Origin: Gemmatales bacterium
GTDB lineage: Bacteria > Planctomycetota > Planctomycetia > Gemmatales > HRBIN36
Reading direction: 5' to 3'
Length of the DNA stretch: 64,000 nt
Assembly: GCA_041640595.1 (NCBI GenBank)
Contig: JBEPZY010000001.1
Coordinates: 1,120,001 to 1,184,000 of the forward strand
Numbering within the stretch: the stretch's first letter is position 1; every line of letters begins with the position of its first letter. Below, piece by piece: positions 1 to 9,864 of the stretch. The notes beneath the pieces were generated by a model, which was not told the origin of the DNA, did no database searches, and worked only from the letters and a program-made list of their open reading frames with translations. The position numbers were made by a program, and so were the translations under genes.

Positions 1-2
1 CG

Positions 3-1628
3 AAAAGTCTGGTCATCTGGTGCACCACGCAAGCTGTGCCTGGAACCGCGGGCCAATTGCAAGGATTTTTCGCCGGCCACGGCATTAACTGCACCGTCCG
101 CTGCATTACGCACTATATGGGCGGCGGATTCGGCAGCAAGTTCGGCCCGGATATTCAGGGGCAACTCGCGGCTGTGCTGGCCTGGATCGCCCAGGCTCCA
201 GTCAAACTCTTCCTCGACCGCGATGAGGAACATCTGGCCGCGGGCAATCGCCCCAGCGCCACTGCCAGCGTGACGATCGGCGGCCGCAAGGATGGTACAA
301 TTACGCTCTTTGAAGCCAGCAGCTACGGCACTCCCGGTATCGGTCGCGCCGCTGGGGTCAATACTGCGATTCTCCCTTACGTTTACGAGATCCCGAACGT
401 TCGCGTGAGCACCGACATTGTCAGGCTCAATCACGGTGCGGCGCGGGCCATGCGGGCACCAGCTCATCCGCAAAATTGCTTCATCACCGAGTCAGCCGTT
501 GACGACTTCGCTAACGCGGCCGGGTTGGACCCCATGGAAGTGCGATTGAAAAACCTGCCCAAAAACGACCCGGCAGCAATGAAAACCGCCCCGACCTCGT
601 TCCCGGCCTTACGCGAGACTATTTACCGCGACGAAATTCAAATTGCCGCCGAGTTGTCGCAGTGGAAAAAGAAGTGGCATCCGCCCGGCAAAGGTCCGAC
701 CAAAGGCCCCTGGAAACACGGTATGGGCATGGCCCTGCACACCTGGGGCGGCGCCGGTCGCGCGGATAACGACGTGTTCGTCTCCATACACAGCGACGGT
801 TCGGTCGTGGTCCAGTGCTCGACCCAGGATTTAGGTACCGGCGAGCGCACTGTTCTGGCCATCGTCGTCGCCGAGGTGCTCGGTCTGGAGCCGAAAGACA
901 TCACTGTCATCATCGGCGAAAGCCAGATTGGCCGTTCGACAGGTTCCGGCGGGAGCACGACCACGGCCGGCACTGCCCCGGCTGCGTTGGTGGCCGCTAT
1001 CAATGCCCGTGATCAGCTGCTGCAAAAGATCGCTCCCAAACTGGGCGCCAGGCCGGAAAATCTTGTCCTCGAGCCCGGCAAGATTACCGACAAGGCCAGC
1101 GGTAAGAGCTTTTCGTGGCGGCAGGCCTGTGCTCGACTCGGCATGGAATCGGTGCGCGGCCAAGGGAACTGGCAAGAGGGTCTCTCCGGGTCCGGTGTGG
1201 GCGGAGTGCAGGTCGCCGAGGTTTGGGTGGATACCGAGACCGGCGTCGTCAGACTCGAGAAAATTGTTGCCGTACAGGATTGCGGCATGGTCGTCAACAA
1301 GCTCGGCTGCGAATCGCAAGTGGCCGGTGGCGTCATCATGGGCATCAACCTCGCCATGTTCGAGGAGATGATCGTGGATGAGCAGACCGGCCGGATGGTC
1401 AATCCGGACTTCGAGTTCTACAAACTCGGTGGCATTCTGGATATGCCGGAGATTATCGTTCACATGCACGACATGCCGGAGCGCGGCGTGATCGGTATCG
1501 GCGAGCCGCCCACCATCAGCACTGCCGCGGCTATCGGCAACGCCATCTGCAACGCTCTGGGTGTGCGCGTGCCACGCACTCCGTTTAGCCCCGACCGGGT
1601 GCTGGCCGCTTTACATGGGAAAAAATAA
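3..1628 (+). CDS. Xanthine dehydrogenase/aldehyde oxidoreductase family molybdopterin-binding subunit (5'-truncated by window edge)
   Basis: Frame is open from position 3. Motifs GGGFGSK, AMRAP, QDLGTG, GSGGS, EVWVDTETG, QVAGG and GIGEPP are typical of Mo-hydroxylase large subunits. Confidence 0.92.
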   Translation, partial: KSLVIWCTTQAVPGTAGQLQGFFAGHGINCTVRCITHYMGGGFGSKFGPDIQGQLAAVLAWIAQAPVKLFLDRDEEHLAAGNRPSATASVTIGGRKDGTITLFEASSYGTPGIGRAAGVNTAILPYVYEIPNVRVSTDIVRLNHGAARAMRAPAHPQNCFITESAVDDFANAAGLDPMEVRLKNLPKNDPAAMKTAPTSFPALRETIYRDEIQIAAELSQWKKKWHPPGKGPTKGPWKHGMGMALHTWGGAGRADNDVFVSIHSDGSVVVQCSTQDLGTGERTVLAIVVAEVLGLEPKDITVIIGESQIGRSTGSGGSTTTAGTAPAALVAAINARDQLLQKIAPKLGARPENLVLEPGKITDKASGKSFSWRQACARLGMESVRGQGNWQEGLSGSGVGGVQVAEVWVDTETGVVRLEKIVAVQDCGMVVNKLGCESQVAGGVIMGINLAMFEEMIVDEQTGRMVNPDFEFYKLGGILDMPEIIVHMHDMPERGVIGIGEPPTISTAAAIGNAICNALGVRVPRTPFSPDRVLAALHGKK

Positions 1629-1673
1629 CTACGGCAGCATCGGCTGTCGAAAAGCCGACAGGAGCAACCGGCT

Positions 1674-2693
1674 ATGAAAAACTTCACCTACTACCGACCA
1701 ACTTCCCTGGAAGCTGCCCTTGCCTTGCTCGACAACCGCTGGGGAACGACGGAATTGCTCGCCGGCGGCACCGATTTGCTCGACCTGCAGAAAGAATACG
1801 TCGCTCAACCCGAAAAAGTGGTCAGCCTCAACTTCATCCAGGAACCAGCTCTCACGCGGATTGACGTGCCTAATCTTCCTGCAGGTTCCAAGGGGGTGGT
1901 GAGCATTGGAGCCGCGGTCAAACTCGCTGACATAGCCGATCATCCCGAACTGAAAAAGCTTTTCCCGTCCCTGACCGACGCCGCCGGCCAGATTGGTGGG
2001 CCGCAGATTCGCAACATGGGCACGCTGGGCGGCAATCTTTGCCAGCGCAACCGTTGCTGGTACTTCCGCGACGAACACGTGCAGTGCCTGCTCAAAGGCG
2101 GTAGAAAATGTTACGCCACGGATGGGGAAAACCGCTACCACGCCATCTTCACCAAAGGCCACCCGTGCGTGATCGTGAATCCGTCCACTCTGGCCCCGGC
2201 TCTGATTGCCCTGGGAGCCAGCGCGGAAGTAGCCGGACCCCAAGGAAAACGCACGATTCCGCTGGCCCAGTTTTTCCAGGCACCTACGAAACCAGAGCAA
2301 CGCGAACATGTGCTGGCTCCGAATGAGATTGTGGTACGAGTGTTAATTCCGGTGGAAGGCCTGCGTAACGCCAGTTATGAGGTTCGCCACAAGCAGAGTT
2401 ACGACTGGCCACTTGTGCAGGCGGCGGTGGCGTTTCGCCTCAGCGGCGGCAAAGCAACGGACGTGAGAATTGTGCTGGGACACGTCGCTCCCACACCCCA
2501 CGTCGCCAGCGAAGCGCAAAAACTGGTAGAGGGCCAGACCATTACTCCCGAATTAGCGGCCCGGGCAGGTGAAGCTGCCACGGCGGGGGCCTCTCCGCTC
2601 AGCCAGAACGCCTACAAGGTGCATCTGGTGAAGGTGGCCGTGAAACGGGCTTTGCTGCTGGCCAGTGGTGCGACGCCCGATTGGGTGCTCTGA
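1674..2693 (+). CDS. Xanthine dehydrogenase family FAD-binding subunit (YagS/PaoB-like, with Cys-rich insert)
   Basis: LAGGTDL and QIRNMGTLGGNLCQRNRCWYFR motifs; CLLKGGRKC 4Fe-4S-type insert; AGGAG RBS; follows the Mo subunit gene. Confidence 0.92.
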   Translation: MKNFTYYRPTSLEAALALLDNRWGTTELLAGGTDLLDLQKEYVAQPEKVVSLNFIQEPALTRIDVPNLPAGSKGVVSIGAAVKLADIADHPELKKLFPSLTDAAGQIGGPQIRNMGTLGGNLCQRNRCWYFRDEHVQCLLKGGRKCYATDGENRYHAIFTKGHPCVIVNPSTLAPALIALGASAEVAGPQGKRTIPLAQFFQAPTKPEQREHVLAPNEIVVRVLIPVEGLRNASYEVRHKQSYDWPLVQAAVAFRLSGGKATDVRIVLGHVAPTPHVASEAQKLVEGQTITPELAARAGEAATAGASPLSQNAYKVHLVKVAVKRALLLASGATPDWVL

Positions 2694-3098
2694 GCCAGCT
2701 GGCTGGCGACAAAGGTAACCCGAATAACTGTCCCGCGCCCAGCTCCTGTTTGGTGCCATTGGCCTGACCAGTACGGAACTGGTTTGGCCGTTGGTTTCCG
2801 CTCTTCTATCGGCCCGAAGATAAAGTAGTTGATACCGTTCTTCGCACGCGCTGCTGGCGATTACATGCTGGCGCACGGCAAAACAATTTGCCAAACAATG
2901 GCTGTTATTACCACGCTATTGTTAGTTGCGGAACGGAAACGCATATCAGCCGCTATGCGACAAACAAGCGGTATCTTTTGTGCCCACGTTTACGGTGATT
3001 TATCCAGGTGCCGGGGAAGGTTCTGGAAAAACTTAACAACACGCGGTGGCAGTCCCAGCCAACTACCGCAACTGCCTGTATCAAACCAAGGAAGGCTT

Positions 3099-3140
3099 AA
3101 AACAACACGGGGTGGCGGAACCCGAAGGTTCGCCACCCCG
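3099..3140 (-). terminator. Intrinsic terminator downstream of the DUF1559 gene
   Basis: Minus strand reads CGGGGTGGCGAACC-TTCG-GGTTCCGCCACCCCG (C(UUCG)G tetraloop), followed by TGTTGTTTT. Confidence 0.8.
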
Positions 3141-3219
3141 GCGGGGTTAGGTAGGGGAACATGCGTGAGAAGATGCAGAGGGGGCTTGTCGGCGCTTATA
3201 TTATAGGCGACGTTGGCAA

Positions 3220-4224
3220 TTATTCCAGGTCCTGCACGTTAAATTGCTGACCGTCATCCCGAATGCAGGCCAGCACCAGGACATCCAGATTGACGCTGTA
3301 GCGAATGCGGCGAAGGGAACGGTCGGCCATGACCGCATTGAAGCTGCCTGGATGTGCGGAGCCAAACGAAGCGGTGTTGGTTACTCCACGCGTATCCTGG
3401 AGTGGCTGGCTGTTGCCCTGGCGCACTGTGTCGCCATCGAATCCCGCCACATATCCTTCATTATCGCCTGGGTCACCACCGCTGTTCAGTGTGGACAGGT
3501 TGACGTACTTCTCACCGATCAGAACGGTATTGCTCGTGCCGTCCGGCACGCCACCGTCGAGACTGCAGATACGAGTGATCCAGGCAGGACCACCTTGCAA
3601 CCCACTGCGAATAATAATGCCGCTGCACTCGTACGCACCATAAGGCGGGCTGTTGTAAACGAAACCCGCGGCAGTTGTGTAGGCACCGCTCACTCCGCGC
3701 GATGCGGCATAATCCAGGAAAGCGATTGGGAAAGGCGCAGCTGGAGGCGGAGAAATCTGCGTGCCGGTCTGATCCACCGCCGCTACCAGGTTCCACGGAG
3801 TGCGGTTGTAATTAATCGCGGTGGGTCTGCGCCGACTGGGACAGAAGTAGGCGTTGATGGGCGTACTCAAGATCGTCGCTTCCTGACCAGCGGGCAAGCG
3901 GAAAAGTTGCTCCTGTTCGAGGTAAGGCAGAATCTGATACGCCCAGCCCCAGTTCTGGTACGGGGCCATAGCAGGTTGGCCGCTAATGATGACCCGCGGA
4001 GACTGCCAATCCCAGCCCGCACTGGGGAAGATGTTGAAATCGTTGTGGAAATTGTGAGCTGCCATCGCCATTTGCGAAAGGTTGTTTCCGCAGCGCATTC
4101 GGTTGGCAGCTTCTCGCACTCGCTGAATTGCCGGCAGTAACAGCGCCATGAGCAAGCCAATAATGGCGATAACCACCAGCAATTCAATCAGCGTGAATCC
4201 TCGCCGTGTTGCACGTAAGGTCAT
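3220..4224 (-). CDS. DUF1559 family prepilin-type N-terminal cleavage/methylation domain protein
   Basis: RRGFTLIELLVVIAII...LLPAIQRVREAANRMRCGNNL, WAYQILPYLEQ, CPSRR, DGTSNT and FGSAHPG motifs; strong AAGGAGGT RBS. Confidence 0.95.
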   Translation of the reverse strand: MTLRATRRGFTLIELLVVIAIIGLLMALLLPAIQRVREAANRMRCGNNLSQMAMAAHNFHNDFNIFPSAGWDWQSPRVIISGQPAMAPYQNWGWAYQILPYLEQEQLFRLPAGQEATILSTPINAYFCPSRRRPTAINYNRTPWNLVAAVDQTGTQISPPPAAPFPIAFLDYAASRGVSGAYTTAAGFVYNSPPYGAYECSGIIIRSGLQGGPAWITRICSLDGGVPDGTSNTVLIGEKYVNLSTLNSGGDPGDNEGYVAGFDGDTVRQGNSQPLQDTRGVTNTASFGSAHPGSFNAVMADRSLRRIRYSVNLDVLVLACIRDDGQQFNVQDLE

Positions 4225-4590
4225 CTCGATCTACCTCCTTTTGTTGGAAATTGTGTGCGAGTCCCGGTAGCAGGTTGAAATTTGCTCCCCCGTGCTTCAC
4301 CCGTAGGGAAGCAGTACAGGCCTTCTTGCGCAGGAAATCGGCCGTGATGACGATGCGCGCAGGGCACACGCCAAACTGGCGCATCGTGCAGATGCGGAAT
4401 CAGACGCAGTCGTGTGTCATCGCGGGGAGAAAGGCGAAAGGATACGACTGGTTCGGTCGGCGGGAGTCTTCTCTGTTTCGTTGCTGCGGCGAGAAGGGAA
4501 GGCCGCCAGGTGGGTTAGTCAGTCATCCGTATCCTACCTATTAGACGCGCTAGCGTCAAGAAAGTTCCGCAAAATTGTACGGGGAACTTC

Positions 4591-7500
4591 TTAAGGATTG
4601 ATGTGAATGGATTCGGTGCCGTCGAAACGGACACGATTGTCGCGCCGCCAGAACCAGATTCGCTTAGCCCGAACCGGTTCATATTCGCCGCCCGGAACTT
4701 TTTGCCGATACAAAGTGGCGCCCTGACTACCCTCGAAGATCAGTAAGTCCTTGGCCTCATCAAAAGAAACGCGGTCGGCGTGGGCATAAAACTGCCGGGC
4801 TCGCACACGAACACCATGCAACGCAAGCAATTCCTGCGAAGAGCCGCCGTTTTCGAGCTTACGACTGGTGAATTTGAGTTCCCCACAGGATAAAGCCAAA
4901 CCATCTTCGGGCAAGCGGTCGGGATCTATGGCTTCGTCGGGGTCTGCGGCGGTCACATGCACGAGCTGAACGCCTCCGGTGAAGCTGACCAGATCGGTCT
5001 GCTTATCATCCGCTTTGGTGGCCTGCATGTGGCCATCGTAACGAATGCGGGTCAGTTTGAAGCTACCGGTGGTCGCGGCAGAAGCCGAGCTTCGCCCCTG
5101 GTTCGGTTGGACTGAACCAGGTTTAGTCGGTGTGCCCGACGTTGGGCCAGGCAGGAAGCCCCCAGCGGGATTGTGCTGAATTTCGCTAGCCGGCTGGAAA
5201 ACCTGCACTACTCCGGGTCCGTAGGCCGTGAGCGTGCCGGATTCGTGATCGTAAGCCAGCTCCCTGGCCTCGATACGCTGCAGCAGTTTGTAACGGTCGG
5301 CCTCGAGGATGGCTTTTTCGAGCCGAACGTCCTGTTCGCACATCAACCTGGACAGGGCTGCCGGAGCCTCAGACCGATTCAGGTCCGCAGGCTTTTGCTC
5401 TCGCAAAGAGACTTTGCGGTCGAGAAGCAGAGACAGTCTGCGGCAAGCCAGACGCGAATTTCCTTGTACCGCCTGGACGCCACCATCAAATTCGGCAAGT
5501 CGGCCATCGAAGAACATACTCTGGTTCCAATCCACCACGACCTCGGCAGGTTCACGGAGCGGGTTGCCCTGAAAATCATTGCGAGCCGGCAGCCGCATCG
5601 AACCCAGCCCATCTACCTCCACGGTATTGAGTACCTGGTCCACTTTGATCACCGGCCCCCGCATGGCCATCTGACCGAAGTGCACGCTGGCGGGTTGAAC
5701 AGGGGTTCCTTCGAGGCGCAGAATGTCACCATGGGAAGTACGTTGCAAATGGAGCAGGCCACAACGGATTTGCCAGGAACGATTTTGCGGCGAGGCAGGC
5801 GGTTGTTCGACCTGAACCTGACCCTGAGCGGAAACGGAGCGGAGCTCGGCACGAGTTGGCGAACCGACAGCGATTGTCTCAATGGTGCGAGCTCGCAGTA
5901 CCAGTGGCGGACGCTTTTGCTGAGTCGGTTCCGCGGATCTCGCCGGTTTGGAATCTTTGATTGAGCCAGCCGCTGCGGTGCTGCTATCGGAAGCTGGGCC
6001 GGGAGCTCGTCCTGTCTGCGCATGATGAGGCGAAGGAGCGATGGGGTTTGCTCGACCCTGTATAGCGTTTTCGGATGGTTCGAGCGGTGCTTCGTGCAGT
6101 TCCACACGTAGCCGTTCGGTCTGAGGCACCACCAGCGTTTCCGACTGTAACGAGACATTCCCCGACGCTTCCAGACACCGTGGAATGCGGTTCCCGGCGG
6201 CCTTTTCGGTTTGCGAGGGAACAGCACCCTGGATAACCGCAGCGGAGGTTGCGCCGGAAGAACCATCGTTCCGGGCAGACGCAACCCTGTCGGCTTGGGA
6301 ACCGTTTGCTGGTGCACTTCCTGGTGGGGCCAATTCCAGCCATAACAGCAGATGGTCCGCACGTAGCGAACCACGCTGAGGTTCTTCCAGCAACACGTTC
6401 CCGCTCAACAGCAATCGTTCCAGAGAACCGTCCCGTTCCAGACGCATTTGTTCGCGCCAGCGGACGACCAGTGTCAGTTGTTCACTTTGTCTTCTTCCCC
6501 GCAACCAGGCGGTTCCAGGTCCGCGTGCCTGTGCTTCTCGCAGTTCCCGAATCTGGTTTTCTGGAGTTCGCAGGGTAAGCGAACCGGTTACCTGCAAGCG
6601 ATGTCCATCGTAAATAGCTTCCAGAGGTTTTCCGACCAGCACGGCAGAATTGCTGCCGCGATCGAGCACCAGCTCGCTGCCGGTAGCATGCAGACCTTCG
6701 CTTTCCACCGTCAGTTCCAGAGGCTCGCCGACAGCACGAGCGGAAACCAGTTCGACGGCTGCTTCGGAATCTTCCGATTTCGATTTGCCGCTGTTGTTTT
6801 TCCGGCGGAATTGCAAAGTCAGCGATTGGCAGCGCAGCTCATCCAGCAATTGAGTGCCGGACGGATTTGCCTCCGCTGGCACGATGCGGATCAGGTGAAC
6901 GCGGTGGTAAAACTCGGCCCGATCCTCCGGAACGCGGTACAGGAATGGTCCATCTGCAATCACCTTGACCGGAGACCGACGGGCCGGTTTCCTGGCCGGT
7001 TCAGCGGCAGTGCTGGCGGTAGTAACCGGGGCAGTCGGTTTGGATGACGCTGATGCTGAGCCAGACGGACTGTTGGGTCGGCCAGGTTTACCGATTCCAC
7101 CGAATAAGGCGGTATGGGCGTCCACCTGGAAATACATCTGCACGTTGCTGGCCAGTTCAACGCTCCGCACGCCGGTTATGGTCGCCCGGCTCGGTTTCGC
7201 CGGCGGTGAGCGAGATGGCTCAGTTTCCAGCAACACCTCCAGACCCACACCGGTGATTTTGCCTGTTTCGGGATCGCCATCCACGATTTCAACAGCAGCT
7301 TCCGTCCAGATGCGATGCTGACGGTCATCATACTCCAGCCAGTCGGTGAACAGGTGCAGGTCATCGTCCGGATTGGGAGTACGGCGATGATGACGGAGGT
7401 GAACCTGATTGACTTTGCCGGTAGCGGGATCGATTCGTCCTTCGATTCGGCCAGCCACGGGCTTGCGATTGGCGACATCCCGAACACTGGTGAGCGGCTT

Positions 7501-7920
7501 ATCAAACTCGATGATGGCCCGGTCGCCCTGAAGAGTAGCGATGTCGGGTTGCGCGGATTCGCTCTTTTTTTTACCAAAGAAAGCTACGGCGACCTGTTCG
7601 AGTTCGAGCTTGCCCTGGGGGTTGAGAAAAGCTTTCTGCGCAGCCAGCACCAAACCGTGTTGCACCGATTCAATGAGGATGGGACGGTCAGCCTCTTTAG
7701 CCTGCGGCCCGAACGCCAGGCGCAACTTGCGTACCACAGGCGGTTCGGGATTGGGCGTGTCGCGCACTGGTGCGAAGTCTGTTTTTTGACCGGGCCAGTA
7801 TTCCGCGGGCAGCGGTGTCAACCCGTCATAACCCCCCAGAAAAAACAGGTACACCTGGTACAACGCCAGGCACACCGCCAGACCGGCCAGCATCCACAGC
7901 AGCCGTTTCGGTGGCAGCAT
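4591..7920 (-). CDS. Large membrane-anchored protein with multiple LptC/LptA(OstA)-like beta-jellyroll segments
   Basis: 1109-aa ORF with N-terminal TM helix. LptC-like segment LFTDWLEYDDRQHRIWTEAAVEIVD..KITGVGLE; LptA-like segments FDGGVQAVQGNSRLACRRL and AHADRVSFDEAKDLLIFEG. Directly downstream of kdsD. Confidence 0.6.
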   Translation of the reverse strand: MLPPKRLLWMLAGLAVCLALYQVYLFFLGGYDGLTPLPAEYWPGQKTDFAPVRDTPNPEPPVVRKLRLAFGPQAKEADRPILIESVQHGLVLAAQKAFLNPQGKLELEQVAVAFFGKKKSESAQPDIATLQGDRAIIEFDKPLTSVRDVANRKPVAGRIEGRIDPATGKVNQVHLRHHRRTPNPDDDLHLFTDWLEYDDRQHRIWTEAAVEIVDGDPETGKITGVGLEVLLETEPSRSPPAKPSRATITGVRSVELASNVQMYFQVDAHTALFGGIGKPGRPNSPSGSASASSKPTAPVTTASTAAEPARKPARRSPVKVIADGPFLYRVPEDRAEFYHRVHLIRIVPAEANPSGTQLLDELRCQSLTLQFRRKNNSGKSKSEDSEAAVELVSARAVGEPLELTVESEGLHATGSELVLDRGSNSAVLVGKPLEAIYDGHRLQVTGSLTLRTPENQIRELREAQARGPGTAWLRGRRQSEQLTLVVRWREQMRLERDGSLERLLLSGNVLLEEPQRGSLRADHLLLWLELAPPGSAPANGSQADRVASARNDGSSGATSAAVIQGAVPSQTEKAAGNRIPRCLEASGNVSLQSETLVVPQTERLRVELHEAPLEPSENAIQGRANPIAPSPHHAQTGRAPGPASDSSTAAAGSIKDSKPARSAEPTQQKRPPLVLRARTIETIAVGSPTRAELRSVSAQGQVQVEQPPASPQNRSWQIRCGLLHLQRTSHGDILRLEGTPVQPASVHFGQMAMRGPVIKVDQVLNTVEVDGLGSMRLPARNDFQGNPLREPAEVVVDWNQSMFFDGRLAEFDGGVQAVQGNSRLACRRLSLLLDRKVSLREQKPADLNRSEAPAALSRLMCEQDVRLEKAILEADRYKLLQRIEARELAYDHESGTLTAYGPGVVQVFQPASEIQHNPAGGFLPGPTSGTPTKPGSVQPNQGRSSASAATTGSFKLTRIRYDGHMQATKADDKQTDLVSFTGGVQLVHVTAADPDEAIDPDRLPEDGLALSCGELKFTSRKLENGGSSQELLALHGVRVRARQFYAHADRVSFDEAKDLLIFEGSQGATLYRQKVPGGEYEPVRAKRIWFWRRDNRVRFDGTESIHINP

Positions 7921-8041
7921 GACTTAGCAAGGCCGCAAATTCAGCGTTTTTACGGGATTGCCACGGGAAGGTTTGGGGCTTGGCCCGAAGTAGCGGCTGG
8001 CCAAGCAATCATCTATTCTCCGCTGGAAGCGTGAATGCGGT

Positions 8042-9109
8042 TCAAGCTGCACGAGCCCACTCGGAAGATTCCGCTAAAGCAGTTTCGCCTGGCATCCAGT
8101 TCAGCACGTCCGTGATGTCCAGCAGCCCGACCGGTCTGCCGTCGGCATCAACGACCGGCAGCTCGCTAATGCGTCGCTGGCTCATGATTTCGATGGCATC
8201 CCACACCCGTGTTCCGGTCGGGACAGTGATTGGAGTGCGTGTCATGACTTCGGCAATCGGCCGGTCCAGAGCAGCGTCGCGCCGCTGTTCAAACAGCCGA
8301 GCCAGATCACTATCGGTAAAAATGCCCACCAATCTGCCGGTTTCATCCACCAGCAACACGGCACCGGTGCGCCGACCTTTCCGAGAACAGCGAGCGAAAA
8401 CCTCCCGCACAGTTTCCCCAGCCGGCGCGATCCGCAACTGTTCGCCACGCCGCATAATTTGCTCCACCTTCATCAACCTCCGTCCCAAACTACCGGCGGG
8501 ATGATAGCGGGCGAAATCCTCCTGGCCGAACTTTCGCATCCGGCTGAGCACAAACGCAAGGGCGTCGCCCACCGCCAGCATCACCGTCGTGCTCGTGCTC
8601 GGCGCCAGACCAAGTGGGCAGGCTTCCCGAATCGGCCCCAGAACAATCGCCACGTCCGCCAACCGTGCCAGCGTGGATCGCGGCTGGCTGGTCAGCCCAA
8701 TGACTGCCAGTGCCATCTGTTTCAAACTTGGCAATAACCGCACCAACTCTTCACTTTCGCCACTATGCGACAGAGCAAGTACCACATCCTGCGGTGCCAC
8801 CATGCCAAGGTCGCCATGCACCGCTCGCGTTACGTCCAGCACATACGCGCGGGTACCGGTGGAATTAAGAGTACCGGCAATCTTCTGCCCCACATCGGCG
8901 GACTTACCCGTGCCAGTGACGCAGATGCGCCCGGGACAGGAATAGATCAGATCAACCGCCTGCAAAAACGGTGGCCCTAACCGCTCTGCCACTTCCTCAA
9001 GGGCACGCGCTTCCGTTCGCAGAATTTGACGGGCATATTGCAGCCGATCAAATTCCCAGGCGGAATCCGTTGCGTTCATCTTTACCATTTCGGAATCATT
9101 GCCTTGCAT
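8042..9109 (-). CDS. kdsD: KpsF/GutQ family arabinose-5-phosphate isomerase (SIS + CBS domains)
   Basis: VTGTGKS, HGDLG, SHSGESEE, APSTSTT and HPAGSLG motifs plus a C-terminal CBS pair. Start uncertain (9109/9088/9079). Confidence 0.9.
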   Translation of the reverse strand: MQGNDSEMVKMNATDSAWEFDRLQYARQILRTEARALEEVAERLGPPFLQAVDLIYSCPGRICVTGTGKSADVGQKIAGTLNSTGTRAYVLDVTRAVHGDLGMVAPQDVVLALSHSGESEELVRLLPSLKQMALAVIGLTSQPRSTLARLADVAIVLGPIREACPLGLAPSTSTTVMLAVGDALAFVLSRMRKFGQEDFARYHPAGSLGRRLMKVEQIMRRGEQLRIAPAGETVREVFARCSRKGRRTGAVLLVDETGRLVGIFTDSDLARLFEQRRDAALDRPIAEVMTRTPITVPTGTRVWDAIEIMSQRRISELPVVDADGRPVGLLDITDVLNWMPGETALAESSEWARAA

Positions 9110-9456
9110 GGTTTTCCGTTGCGGAGAGGGTCGGTCCGTTCTGCACAATGTAGCCCCAGCAAACCCATGCCCCAGCTTCGGTCTGGTCGCGTTACTGGCG
9201 GCCCTACCCTGTTCGATTCGCCTGCGGACAAAATAGCACGGTGGACTCGACCGCCGGCCGACGCTTCTTGGATTGGGTCACGCTTGCCGGGCATGGCCCA
9301 GCTTATACCGACCAGCCAGAAATTTGCAAGCGCAGGCGATGCTGAGGGTGCTCGCAGAGCAGCGAAGGCTACCTCATGGTTGTCGGTCAACGCGGAGGTG
9401 GTCTTCGCTGCCCGCGTTGACGGCGGCCAAAAAGTACCTCAGGGAGCAGCGGGTTT

Positions 9457-9552
9457 ATTCGACCCGGTCAGTGCCGATCTGATTGCGCCTGGTAGCCAAA
9501 GGCGGCTATGAGTTGGCGACAAATTCGACCTGGTCGGTGCTGACCTGATTGC
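9457..9552. repeat. Two-copy 30-nt imperfect direct repeat (66-nt period)
   Basis: ATTCGACCCGGTCAGTGCCGATCTGATTGC (9457) vs ATTCGACCTGGTCGGTGCTGACCTGATTGC (9523); 26/30 identical. Confidence 0.7.
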
Positions 9553-9864
9553 CCATACCGATCAACGGTCGGCAAGATTATGCCGCAGGCGAGTTGCTGG
9601 CTGGCAGTGAATGCGCCATGGCAGCCGAACCCGGGCCCGGTCAAGCCAACGGAGTCGGTTGCGGTTGACGGCTACGGCCCAATCATGGAATAATCAGCCC
9701 GCCTGAAGTAGTGTGCGAGGTCTGCATTCAGCCCGTGGATTCCGCACGCGGAAAGAAACCAGCTCTGCTTCTTGTGCTTCGCATCGGTGGGACAGACGAC
9801 ATGGGCAACCGCTGGCGGCACGGAAACCGCCAGGCTAACGACCGCGGCTGACAGGAGGCCGACC

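Noticed and set aside
2829..3206. 125-aa ORF between the FAD subunit and DUF1559 genes
   Set aside because: No RBS or motifs, atypical composition, and it runs across the terminator hairpin.
9457..9552. CRISPR array
   Set aside because: Only two degenerate copies, with no leader and no cas genes in the window.
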